A stretch of 64,000 bases of DNA from Octopus vulgaris (taxonomy: Eukaryota). The stretch's first letter is position 1, and each line of letters opens with the position of its first letter. The notes below the pieces were generated by a model. The model ran no database searches, was not told the DNA's origin, and saw nothing but the letters and a program-made list of their open reading frames with translations. This document shows, one piece after another, positions 13,543 to 25,507 of the stretch. The translations under genes and the position numbers were made by a program. Where the stretch lies: NCBI GenBank assembly GCA_951406725.2, contig OX597820.1, positions 51,956,001 to 52,020,000 on the forward strand, read 5' to 3'.

Positions 13543-13695
13543 AACATCGAAAAATGCATTAGGAATGAGAACACAGTTTCGAAATTTCCACAAGACACCT
13601 GATGAAGGCTGGAGGGTATATCAGCCAAATATCCGTCAAATATAAACAACGTGAATAATGTACATAATTCTTCATCGCTTAAATATAGAACTGTA
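13543..13695 (+). mobile_element. Hammerhead-module repeat with the GAAAC/GUH half deleted
   Basis: GACAC-CTGATGA-A-GGCTG...CAGCC then jumps to AAATATCCGTC. Homologous to 37930-38090. Confidence 0.75.
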
Positions 13696-13699
13696 TTAT

Positions 13700-15450
13700 T
13701 AATATTGATGTGAAATCTTTGGCAAAAAGCCAGGATTATCGGAGTAAAAGGGTAAAAAGTTTGTATCAACTCTATTGTTCAACTGGTACTTATTTTATCT
13801 CCATGAACGAATGGAACAAAAAGACGAACCTGGTAGTACTTGAACTTAGAATGGAAATCGGAAGAAATGCGGCTATGGATATTTTGCATCGCAGGGGACA
13901 GTTCAACCAACTTGCCTCATGAATATCTATATTAAAATCGTATTCAATTTTTAACAAAAGAGTAGTCATTTCCGGAAGGGTTTAATTCGACTACATCGAC
14001 CCAATTCTTAACAGGTACTTACTTTATCGATCCCGAATGGATGAAAGGCAAAATCAACCTCGATGACATTTGTATTCGGAAGATGATGACAGGTGAACTG
14101 CCGCTTAGCGTTTTGCTCCACGTACTACGGGCGTCCACGCGATTCTGATACCTCACCGCTTTGATGTCTATATTAATACTGACTTCAAATTTTGGCGAAA
14201 GGCCAACAATTTCAGGAGGTGATAAGTCGATTACATCGGCCCAATACTTACTTTATCAACTCCAAATTGATCAAATGCAAAGTTGACCTCGGCGAAATGT
14301 GAACTCAGAAAGTGAAGACGGATGAAGTGCCTCTAAGTATTTCGCCCGCCTATAATAATACAGCTATTCCGCCACGCCGGGCGAAATGCTTAGCGGAATT
14401 TCGTCTGTTGCTACGCTCTAAGTTCAAATTACTTGTTATACCGTAAGGGTCAATAAAATAAGTACAATTTGAGCTCTGAGGTGTATGTAATCCACTCATC
14501 AAAATTGCTGGGCTTGAGCCAGAATTTGAAAAATATCAATTATACAACTAAAGATGTGAGCTAGCAGAATCGTTACCGTATTGGACAACAAACACTTAAC
14601 AGCATTCCTTCCAACTGTACGTTTGACGTTTAAATGCCGCCGTGGTTGACTTCGTTGCTTCATCATTACGGAGTCGATAAAATGAGTAGCAGTTGCACAC
14701 TGTGGTTGATATCTTTGACTTAACCCCTCGTCCAATATCGCTGGTCTTCTACCAAAATTTGAAACCGATATTAATGCTTCAACAACTCTATTAATTATAA
14801 AAACAAAAATAATGGTTTTAAATTTTTGCAGAAGGTCAGAAATTTTGGAGTAGAGATAGGTCTATCATATTGAGTGAAACCCTCAACTAATACTATTTTA
14901 TCAATCTCTTAAGGTTTAATGTCAAAGTCGAACTGAGTGAAAATAGAATTCAGAATGTAAAGACGGACAAAATTCCGTTAAGTATTTTGCCCCAAATACG
15001 AACGATTCTGCAAGCTCAGCTCCTGACAATAATAATAAATAATATTGATTTCATATTTTTTTTCACTCGGCCAGAAATTTCCGAGAAGCGGGTCAGTCTA
15101 TAACATTGACGTCAGCGCTCAACTTTACCAAACTTTATCAACCCAGAAGTGATGAAATGCAAACCGAACCGAGTAGAAATTTAAACTAAGTACGTAAAAA
15201 CGAAAAAGGATTTCGCCAATCGTGCTAAAGATTCTGCCAGCTCTACTATAGACACAAGGCCTGATATGTTGGGGGAGAGGAATAGTCGCTAGTTGTCAAC
15301 GGGTATTGATTTTATCGACCCCCAAAAGGAAGTAAGTGAAGGGCGACCTCGGTGGAATTTGAACTTAAAACGTTCAGATGGACGAAATGCCTCTAAGAAT
15401 TTTACCCGGTGGAGTAGCGTTTCTCTTAGAACACCTACTAACAGTTCTAT
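13700..15450. mobile_element. Dense cluster of degenerate MetaSINE-like tRNA-SINEs in both orientations
   Basis: Recurring ggtacttattttatcgacccc..gatgaaaggcaaagtcgacctcggcggaatttgaactcagaa-like units and their reverse complements. Confidence 0.75.
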
Positions 15451-16239
15451 TAAATAATATTAATGATAAAATTAACTTGTTCATGTGTTACGGAAGCCTG
15501 ATACATTGACGATATTGCAAAACTTGTAATGTATATTCCATAACATGTGAGATAATATGTAAGTTTGGCATCAAATAAAAGAATAAGGACAATGAAAACA
15601 ATGATGAAAACGAAAAACAATTTTTGTTGTTTATTTAACTGAATAATTTCCAATATGTCACGAAATTCTTACTATCATATTTAGTTGTGTAGTTACTTCC
15701 AAATTCTTGATATGCTTAGATGCATATCAAAAACCCCAATGATTTCCAATATGTTAGTTTAAAATTTTTTTTTTCTTATTTTTAACCTATTCATGTGTAT
15801 ATTTCATTCTAAAATTTACATCGATTTTAGATTATTACCTAATGAACTGTTATTTCAGTACAAAAAAAAACATAATATTTTTGAATTACGTTTGTGTAGA
15901 ACAACGACATTTGAAATCTTTTTCCTCCGGTACTATATTGCTTGCATATAGTACATTATAAACTGCAAACTACGGTAAGTTTATTTCAGGCATATATATA
16001 TACAAACATTCATACATACGCTTATATGTGGATATATATGTACGTACATTAATTTGCGTTGCAATATTTCTGACGTGAAGTCATGTAAACAGATATTGTT
16101 ATATTTCGGAATAGTGGGGGTTTTTTTGTTTTTGTTTTTTTTTTCAGACGGCAGTGCATCAGCATGGCCGCAGCTCTGAGCTGAAACTAGAGAGAAAAAA
16201 ACATGTACTGTATAATCGTTCTTCTTTCGTTTATTTCTC

Positions 16240-16443
16240 TTCTTATTTTAACTCATGTCCATTGTCCGGAAATATTTCGTCACACATCTGTGCCTCCCTC
16301 AGTGACACGTTCCGACTTCTTGTGTGTTCTTGCTCTGCTTATTTCTGTCTCAAGATCACACGCGAAGACGGAAACTGTCGCTGATGAATTCACAGGTGGG
16401 TGTTGGAATATTTCCGGACAACAGACATGAGTTAGAATAAGAA
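16240..16443. repeat. Imperfect inverted repeat (about 88-bp arms) with hammerhead-like remnants
   Basis: 16240-16326 is the reverse complement of 16357-16443. CTGATGA lies at 16381. Confidence 0.8.
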
Positions 16444-16766
16444 CAGTAATAAATGAGTAAAAATCGAATATATAGTGAGTCCATACAACTGAGAATTGGT
16501 CCATGCTACTGGGAATTAGTTTCTGTAACTAAAGTATCGCGTCAATTAACTTTCTCATTGTATTGATATAAGAAGTTATATCAGTGGATAAAAATAAAAA
16601 TTGATTACGATCGACTTGACCAGTTACACTCAGAATTGTATCAAGACAGTTGTCTTTCAAATGGGATTCGCAAGTAATTATTATTATTATCATTGTCGGG
16701 GGAAATGGAAAAAAAGTAAACAGAAAAGAAAGGGGAAAGAAAGAAAGAAAATTGACAACAGCAACG

Positions 16767-17655
16767 GATCATGATGAAACGATGGCAATAACAGCTCTTT
16801 CATAAGAAATACTGGGCTAAACTAAAAGTAAAGGAAGTAGACAAAGGAAAATCCCAGGAATAGCTGAAAAATTCAGGACTCAAAGCATAGACTGAATGAT
16901 TTTTAATTGCAGCACAAGACGAAAGCCTCTTCACCACAAATGACCAAAAACATATAATGTAAAGAAACATAACAAGTAGCTGCAGAGTATGTGGAGATGA
17001 ACATGAAACAATAAATCATATTGTCTCTGGCTGCGCAGCCCTGGTTAGACACGACAGAGTTGGGATCTATATACACTGGAAGCCACGCCAACACTATGGA
17101 ATAACAACAGAAATAAGAAGGTGTATGCACACGCCAGAAAAGGTCACAGAAAAAGAGAAGGCAGCAATAATATGGGATATGCCTATAAACAGATAGAGAA
17201 ATCGAGGCCGATGGGCCAGATATAGTTGTCACAGATGACGAAGATAAAAATGGTTTCTAATTGTTGTATCAATCCCAATAGATGACAACGTTTCTTTAAA
17301 AGAAATGGAGAAACTTTCATAATACAAAGACTTGGAAACAGAGGTAATTCGAATGTAGAGTCTAAAAGCAGAAACAATTCCTATCATAGTGGGCGCATTA
17401 AGTATCTTCTTTTCTTCTTTTTAGTTTCAGCTCAGAGGTGCTGCCAAAAACATATTCAGACGAATACATAACAAAAAACACCAGGACTAACAAAATAGCA
17501 CTACTAGGCACTGCAAACATCCTACATAAAACACTTTCAATACAGTAACCATAAGAGCATCACAGCATACATACATACACTACATACCCAAGGCAGACAG
17601 AGCCGCGCTTGGTAGTGCAGTGAAAGCTCGTTATAAAAATAAGAACACTGAATAT
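16767..17655 (+). mobile_element. Older Dong-like 3' fragment
   Basis: Colinear with 12580-13461 but carries many substitutions and stops; ends in (AAT)n. Confidence 0.85.
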
Positions 17656-17656
17656 T

Positions 17657-17710
<54 letters not shown>

Positions 17711-17713
<3 letters not shown>

Positions 17714-18546
17714 GAAAAATCCCAGCAATGGTTGAGAAATAGACAAAGAAAAATCCCAGCAATGGTTGAGAAGCTCAGGACTCAAAGCAGAAACAGAGGG
17801 ATTTTTAATTGCAGCACAAGACCAAAGCCTCCCCACCAGAAATTACCAAAAACATGTAATGAAAAGAAATATTACAAGTAACTGCAGAATATGTGGAGAT
17901 GGACAAGAAACAATAAATCATATTATCTCTAGCTGCCCAGTCCTGGCTAAGAAGGAATATATTCACAGACATGACAGAGTTGGAACCTACATACATTGGA
18001 AGCTATGCCAACATTATGGAATAACAACAGAAAAAAGATGGTATAGGCACACACCAGAAAAGGTCACAGAAAACGAGAAAGCAACCATACTCTGGGATAT
18101 GCCGATACACACAGATAGAGAAATTAAGGCCAACAGACCAGATATAGTTGTCAGAGATCATGAAGAAAAAAAATGCTTTCTAATTGATGTATCAATACCG
18201 GCAGATGACAACGTGTCTCTAAAAGAAATGGAGAAACTCTCAAAATACAAAGACCTGGAAATAGAGGTAACTAGAATGTGGAACCTGAAAACAGAAACAA
18301 TTCCTATCATAGTAGGTGCATTAGGCATGATAAAAAAATATTCAGACAAATACATAACAAAAACACCAGGACTTACAAACACATATAACATACAGAAAAT
18401 TGCACTACTAGGCACTGCACACATCCTACGCAGAACACTTTCCATACAATAACCATCAGAGCATCACAACAAATCACAGCACATACCCAAGGCACACAGA
18501 GCTGCGCTCGGTAGTGAAGTGAAAGCACGCTATAAAAATAAAACTA

Positions 18547-18549
<3 letters not shown>
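17711..18549 (+). mobile_element. Young Dong-like 3' fragment with uninterrupted zinc knuckle-RLE frame (17766-18452)
   Basis: 228-aa ORF with CRIC-x8-H-x4-C, RHD and PD-x12-D. Nearly identical to 12650-13461. Confidence 0.93.
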
Positions 18550-18640
<91 letters not shown>

Positions 18641-18658
18641 TTAATAATAATAATAATC

Positions 18659-18732
<74 letters not shown>

Positions 18733-18755
18733 AATAAAAATAATAATAATGATAA
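18550..18755 (+). repeat. (AAT)n array between stacked Dong copies
   Basis: Direct reading. Confidence 0.95.
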
Positions 18756-19099
18756 TAAAATGCTTTCTAATTGATGTATCAATACCGACAGATGACAACG
18801 TGTCTCTAAAAGAAATGGAGAAACTTTCAAAATACAAAGATCTGGAAATGGAGGTAACCAGAATGTGGAATCTAAAAACAGAAACAATTCCTATCATATA
18901 GGTGCATAAGGCATGATAAAAAAATATTCAGACAAATACATAACAAAAACACCAGGACTTACAAACACATATAACATCCTACGCAGAACACTTTCCATAC
19001 AATAACCATCAGAGCATCACAACAAATCACAGCACATATCCAAGGCACACAGAGTTGCGCTCGGTAGTGAAGTGAAAGCACGCTATAAAAATAAAACTA

Positions 19100-19102
<3 letters not shown>
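18756..19102 (+). mobile_element. Short Dong-like 3' fragment
   Basis: KCFLIDVSIPTDDNVSLKEMEK... followed by the same 3' UTR and an (AAT)n tail. Confidence 0.92.
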
Positions 19103-19143
<41 letters not shown>

Positions 19144-19149
19144 TAAATA

Positions 19150-19691
19150 CGTTAATCCAGTACCAGTCTGTGGGCCTCATGGCTTCTTGTTTTAACTGAT
19201 TGGAAGTAATATCATGTACATGTTTTGTCTTGGAATAAGAGAATGTCTGCAAATGTTCTCCTCAATACCAGACTTGCTTGTCAGTTGTTTGACATTAATC
19301 AGTTGAGCATGTCCCTTGGTGTCAGATAATATTTGCATTTCTGAACACGAAGTAGTGGGAAATTATTATAGCCGTGTGTTGAGAGGAATTATTTGTGGTT
19401 TCAATAAATCACCTCTGGAAGCGGGAGAGTTTTGGTCTTCATTTTTAAACAACCCCGTTCAGGGACCATTTGAGCAGACCGGGCTACTCGACACGTAGAA
19501 AGTTGTAACTGGGCCGCACCTGGAAAGTAATGTGCTGTTTATCTTGATATGAGACCTCCGTATAACGCACATATGGTTGCGATGCATGTGCCTGGTGTAC
19601 ACGTATTAGAAATGTAGTTATGATGCGCATATTTAGCTTCGTATATTTGTATTTCAGCGTCACTTTGTTAATATACATTGCTCTCTCACTC
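19150..19691 (-). mobile_element. Interspersed repeat of unknown class between trinucleotide arrays
   Basis: Higher-GC complex block bounded by (AAT)n and (CAA)n. I recall it as an abundant octopus repeat, but this is unverified. Confidence 0.4.
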
Positions 19692-20046
19692 AACAACAGC
19701 AACAACAACAAAATTATCAGGAACCACAATAACACGAATGACGACGACGACGACGACGATGATGATGATGATGATGATGATGGGGTTGAAAAGAGGGATA
19801 GTCAAATGTTTTTGTTTTTTAATCGTGTTTGGCGAGTTGGGAGCTGACAGAAGCGTTAACACGTCCGACAAAGGACTTAGCGCATTTCTTGCATCTTTGC
19901 GCTTCGAGTTCACATTTCTCCGATACCCATCATGCCAGAGACCCAACAAGCTGGGTACCCAATAGAAGAACACAAACGCTACACACACCTCGACAGTTTG
20001 GGGTTGTAGCAGGTGATGCAGTAGAAATTTGCCTGAAACTAATCAA

Positions 20047-20106
<60 letters not shown>

Positions 20107-20810
20107 TTAATAATAATAATATTAATAATAATATTAATGACGATGACGGTGATGATATATGACTGACATATGCTGTTATCTTTATCAATATTTCCAGCTC
20201 AATCACACGAAAAAAACATTAGAGTTATACTTTTTCCAATGTTTTTATGGTTATTGATTTGTTCCATTGCTACATAGAGTCTAATTTATAGATGCAGCAT
20301 ATATCTTTTTAGTGACCACCGAATTTATTTAGACGTGTAACGGAATAGAATCATCTTCGAAATAGAACATAAATGGTATGACGCCGTTGTGTTAAACTAA
20401 CATCTAAGTTCAATATACTATTCAAGTTTTATTTCAAAACCTATACATATATATACAAAAGCAATTTTAAATGAATCGCATTCGAGTATCGAAACTAATG
20501 CATTTGTGACACCATTTGTGTTAAGGTAATTCGAAATACTACTGAAAGATATCAGGTCAAATAGTAAGCTCGTATTAAGTCGCTCGTCAATGTAGAAAAA
20601 GCGGCCTTGTCTATCTTATGGAAAGAAACTTCGAGTACCTAAATAAGTACATAGTGCATGATATTAACCTAGATATACTTCTGAAAAAAGAAATGAGAGG
20701 ACATACTTGCAAAGAGAACGTTTTGTTTGCAGTTGAGATATTACTTGGAAATAGCTAGCAGTGTAGTATATCAAACATATATGCAGTAACGAGATGTATA
20801 ATACTCTTAC

Positions 20811-20879
20811 TTTTTAAATTTAGCATATTTTCCTAAACATGCTGAAAATACAAAATAATGGAGCTCGGCGGGTAACATT
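20811..20879 (-). CDS. Candidate exon, APE-like segment (MLPAELHYFVFSACLGKYAKFK)
   Basis: Acceptor ttccctactag, donor AAA|gtaaga; 69 nt, phase 2/2, open. An internal alternative acceptor (tattttcag) would start the exon at 20841. Confidence 0.5.
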
Positions 20880-21394
20880 CTAGTAGGGAATTAACAAGGT
20901 CATCAGATATCTTTCGCTTTTTCAAAGATGTATTCCCTGTTGTCTCTCGCTAAGCGAAAAATATTTCCACTTCAATATATGGCGAAGAGTGAAATATATA
21001 TTTACTTGTATAACGGAAAGTATGCAGTGGTGAAATTAAAAGAGAGACAAACGTTAAATTAAAAAGCTATCTTACCTAACGTATATAGATATTTCAAAGA
21101 TTCTCTATATATAACTACAAGCAACTGATGAGGCGACGCCGGCCGAAATACATAGGTGTTAATGGCACCTGGTTTATGTTCGCCAAGTTCGGATATGCGT
21201 TGCGTTTTCCACACAAAATTTTCTCGGAGCAGAATCAGAGCATCTTGTATTCCATAGTGTATCTTCGTTAGATACGATGTGTAAAATTCAAAGTGTTGAT
21301 TACAGTAAGTGTATTAGGGTTAATTATAACATTTCTCAGACTAAACAATAACAACGACACTTAGAAAGTATTGATGTTAATTTATTCAACTTTT

Positions 21395-21600
21395 GGTACA
21401 AGGCCAGTAATTTGGGGAGAGGAGAGTAGTAGATTATATAGATCACAGTACGCTACTGATACTTATTTCAACGATTCTAAGGGAATGAATGGCAAAGTCA
21501 ACTTCTGCTGGATTTGAACAAAGAATGTAAAGACGGATGAAATGCCTTTAAGCATATTGTCCGGCGTGCTAACAATTCTGCCAGACAACTGCCATGCATG
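21395..21600 (-). mobile_element. MetaSINE-like tRNA-SINE
   Basis: Reverse complement of the ggcagaattgttagcacgccggacaatatgctt head and the central domain. Confidence 0.7.
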
Positions 21601-21720
21601 AAGTTTATATACTAAATATAAGTAGATGTAGAAATCTGTGTTTTTGACTTCTAAATTGAAATGAAAAAAAATGTCTAAAGTACGTATATATATATATACA
21701 TACATACATATCTATATATA

Positions 21721-21832
21721 GGCGCAGGAGCGGCTGTGTGGTAATTAGCTTGCTTACCAACTATATGGTTCCGGGTTCGGTCCGACTGCATGGCACCTTG
21801 GGCAAGTGTCTTCTACTATATCCTCTGACCAA
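21721..21832 (+). mobile_element. Truncated tRNA-derived CORE-like SINE
   Basis: A box GGCTGTGTGGTAA, B box GGGTTCGGTCC, then ggcaccttgggcaagtgtctt. Confidence 0.7.
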
Positions 21833-21909
21833 CCACTCACTTGAAACAATATAGGAAGTTTATCCTCTGAAATTACCTCTGCCCTTCCTCCCACTCTTAA
21901 CACAAATAC

Positions 21910-22246
21910 CCTGAAAGTGTTGCTGGTCCAAAACTTTGTTGTGCAAAACAGGATAACTTATTAGTGTGATAATGATCTATCCTGGGCATATGATTGCAAT
22001 GTGCAAAAAAATCTGTAACACCGTTTCATCATTTGTTAATACGGTACATATGTGGTGCATTTGGTACTTCAAATAGTCTAAAATTTGTAGTAATAAAGTA
22101 AATGCAAATTTCAGTTGTATTTCCTTGGTTGATTCAGGGTATTCCTTCAGAGAAACCCATTCTGTTATTTGTTGCGATGACAGGCAGTATAGCACATAAT
22201 ACGATGCATTAAATGAAACTATATCGCGTGATTGTAACACTACATT
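21910..22246 (-). CDS. Candidate large exon of the kinase-like gene (beta4 to activation segment); needs +1 nt in the T7 run at 22005-22011
   Basis: Acceptor ttatatattag. Reads NVVLQSRDIVSFNASYYVLYC...YPES...TLLLQILDYLKY. After the frameshift it reads KLSCFAQQSFGPATLSG up to the donor GG|gtattt. Confidence 0.55.
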
Positions 22247-23003
22247 CTAATATATAAAATGTTATTTGCATACATTTCCATAAACTAACTGACATTTAGA
22301 CCTTACATTAGATATTTGACATTAATTGAGAAATTAATTTATTTCTGAAATCAGATTCATTCCAGAAATACACATGAAAGGTAGTCAATTATTTTGTTAG
22401 CAAGGACAAGGTAATTGTTGTAATAGCTAATATGTGGCTGACATGATTAGCGGTTTTCTTTCGCAATGTTTCCTTCATAATATCACTTATGTCACCAAAC
22501 TCTATGTAAATATAGGGCTGTAGAGATTTATGTCAGTATTACTAGAGATTGCGAAGAAAATAAAAACTCAATCTTAGAGTAAGTTATAGTAATATATACA
22601 TGTCTGATTCTGTTGAAGTCCAATTTAGCAGGTAATTCAAATATTCAACTGAATAAGCATAAATATATTACTTGGATGCTAGAATAACATTTTAAACGCT
22701 GTAAGCCAATAGACATAAACATCTGTTAACAATTAATTTTGATAGCTCGATTACTAATATTACATGATACTTTCCTTCTTTTTCTCCTCCTCATCATCAT
22801 CGTCATCTTCGTCATTCGCGGTGTTGTCCTAAGCAACGTCCTCATCATAAACACTACCGGCATCATCATCATCATCATCATCACCAGAAGAAGAAGAAGA
22901 AAAAGTAGTAGTAGTAGAAGTAGTAGTAGTAGTAGTAGTAAAGCTATGCTAAGTGGCGTTTCGCATCTTTGTACGAGTTCAGATGACGTCGTAGATTCTT
23001 AAC

Positions 23004-23030
23004 TTATTATTATTATTATTATTATTATTA

Positions 23031-23088
<58 letters not shown>

Positions 23089-23090
23089 CA

Positions 23091-23144
<54 letters not shown>
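23004..23144. repeat. (TTA)n microsatellite
   Basis: Direct reading. Confidence 0.95.
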
Positions 23145-23145
<1 letters not shown>

Positions 23146-23812
23146 GTTACATACAAAATTTAATATATAAAAGTTTATTAAGTTTTCTTGAGATGTCTAT
23201 TTGTCTGTCCAGCTGGAGAATAGAGTATTATTTTTGCAATGAAAGGGATGTTTACATTTTCGAATACTCAAGGAGAAAGGAAAGGATAGGAATTCATAGA
23301 AGTTGAAGATATTAAGTTGTTTTTTCAAGCTGATCTTTCGTATGTTCGAAAGCTGTAGGTATGTAAGTTTCTTAAACTATTTTGACGGCGATTTAAAATA
23401 TTCACAATAAATTGTCGATATTCCAGTCTTTGGGAATAGTAGGAGGAATTCAACTTGTTGAATTTTGAATTTCTGAATTTCTTTTTCTTTTTATTGTGGA
23501 ATTTTCTTTTCTTTTTAAAGGTTTTTGCAGTGGTTTACAGTTTTTGTAGTTGTGCAGTATGTATATACTGACAGCTGCTTACCTCTATATTTTTTATCGT
23601 GCATTTAATTGTGTTATTACAATAAAAGGCTTCTTTACAAAATCGGTTGGTCAGGGGAAAATGAAAGATAAAACGTTCACACAAAATAGGAGATATTCAA
23701 GTTTCTAAAGACTAGTATTTTTGAAGTAAAAGGAATGCTTATATTTTCTGAGCCTTCAACTGCTGACAGGTCAGAGCAGTGAAGAACACCCCCAGCCGCT
23801 GTCACGTCCATA

Positions 23813-24112
23813 TTCTTCTTCATCTTCTTCTTCTTCTTCTTCTTCTTCTTCTTCTTCTTCTTCTTCTTCTTCTTCTTCTTCTTCTTCTTCTTCTTCTTCT
23901 TCTTCTTCTTCTTCTTCTTCTTCTCATTATTATTATTATTGTTATTATTATTATTATCATTATTATTATTATTATTATTATTGTTGTTGTTGTTGTTGTT
24001 ATTATTATTATTATCGTCGTCATCATAATCATCTTCACCATCATCATCATCATAATCATTGTAACTATTATTATCATTATCTTCTTTATCACTCACCACC
24101 ATCATCATCAAT
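23813..24112. repeat. Compound (CTT)n/(ATT)n/(GTT)n/(CAT)n microsatellite
   Basis: Direct reading. Confidence 0.95.
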
Positions 24113-24309
24113 ATTATTGTTTCTAATGTATTGACCTAGCAGATTCGTTACTGCACCGAACAGTGCTTACATTATTCCAATCAGCTATGCTACATCCATC
24201 TAGTTGGGGTCTGTGAAATACCTACCAGTTGAATTCTGAGGTCAATATAATCAATGAGCAAACACCCCAATGTTTTACGTCATATACTTTCGGTATACTA
24301 CTGGTATCG

Positions 24310-24620
24310 TCTCCACTTTTTCATTGCCCATTAGCAGTTCATCGTAGTTTTTCACTTTTCCGTCTTCTTTCTCTTCAATATGTTGTTACCAGGACATCCT
24401 ATATCAAATATCAGACTTTTTTCTGTTGTTCATTACAGCGATGTCTGAACCATACTTTCCAGAAAACCCCATACAGATCATTTTCGCCACATTGTCATGT
24501 CGCTTGGTGTATTTACGCTTTGCCAGTTTCGGTCATTTCCTATAAATGTGCTACATTCTGCATTTGTGGTTGCGTTGAAGCTTTCCCGGAGCTATGATGT
24601 TTGTTAGCTCAGCATTATAA
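24310..24620 (-). mobile_element. Old R4/Dong-like RLE fragment
   Basis: PKLAKRKYTKRHDNVAK on the minus strand. Confidence 0.6.
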
Positions 24621-24839
24621 TTGTTCATGTTATTGTTGATGATGGTGCTTTTTACGCTGTTTTTTTAGGGGGGGGGGTTAAAGGCGTCCGAAGCAAAGAG
24701 TGAAAGTTTTCTTTGTCCTTTCTCTTGAAATTCGAGGAAAGAACTTACACGATTTGTTCGGACCTGAACAACGACTGGCTTCCTTTCGCCAAATGCTGAG
24801 AATAAATGCATTCCATTTGGGTAAATGATCATGTTAGTG

Positions 24840-25507
<668 letters not shown>

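Noticed and set aside
15450-15653. Hydrophobic minus-strand ORF as an exon
   Set aside because: Weak acceptor, no convincing donor, and it does not fit the kinase motif order.
23145-23640. Minus-strand retroelement 3' end before the (AAT)n tail
   Set aside because: Position is suggestive, but no diagnostic motif could be read.
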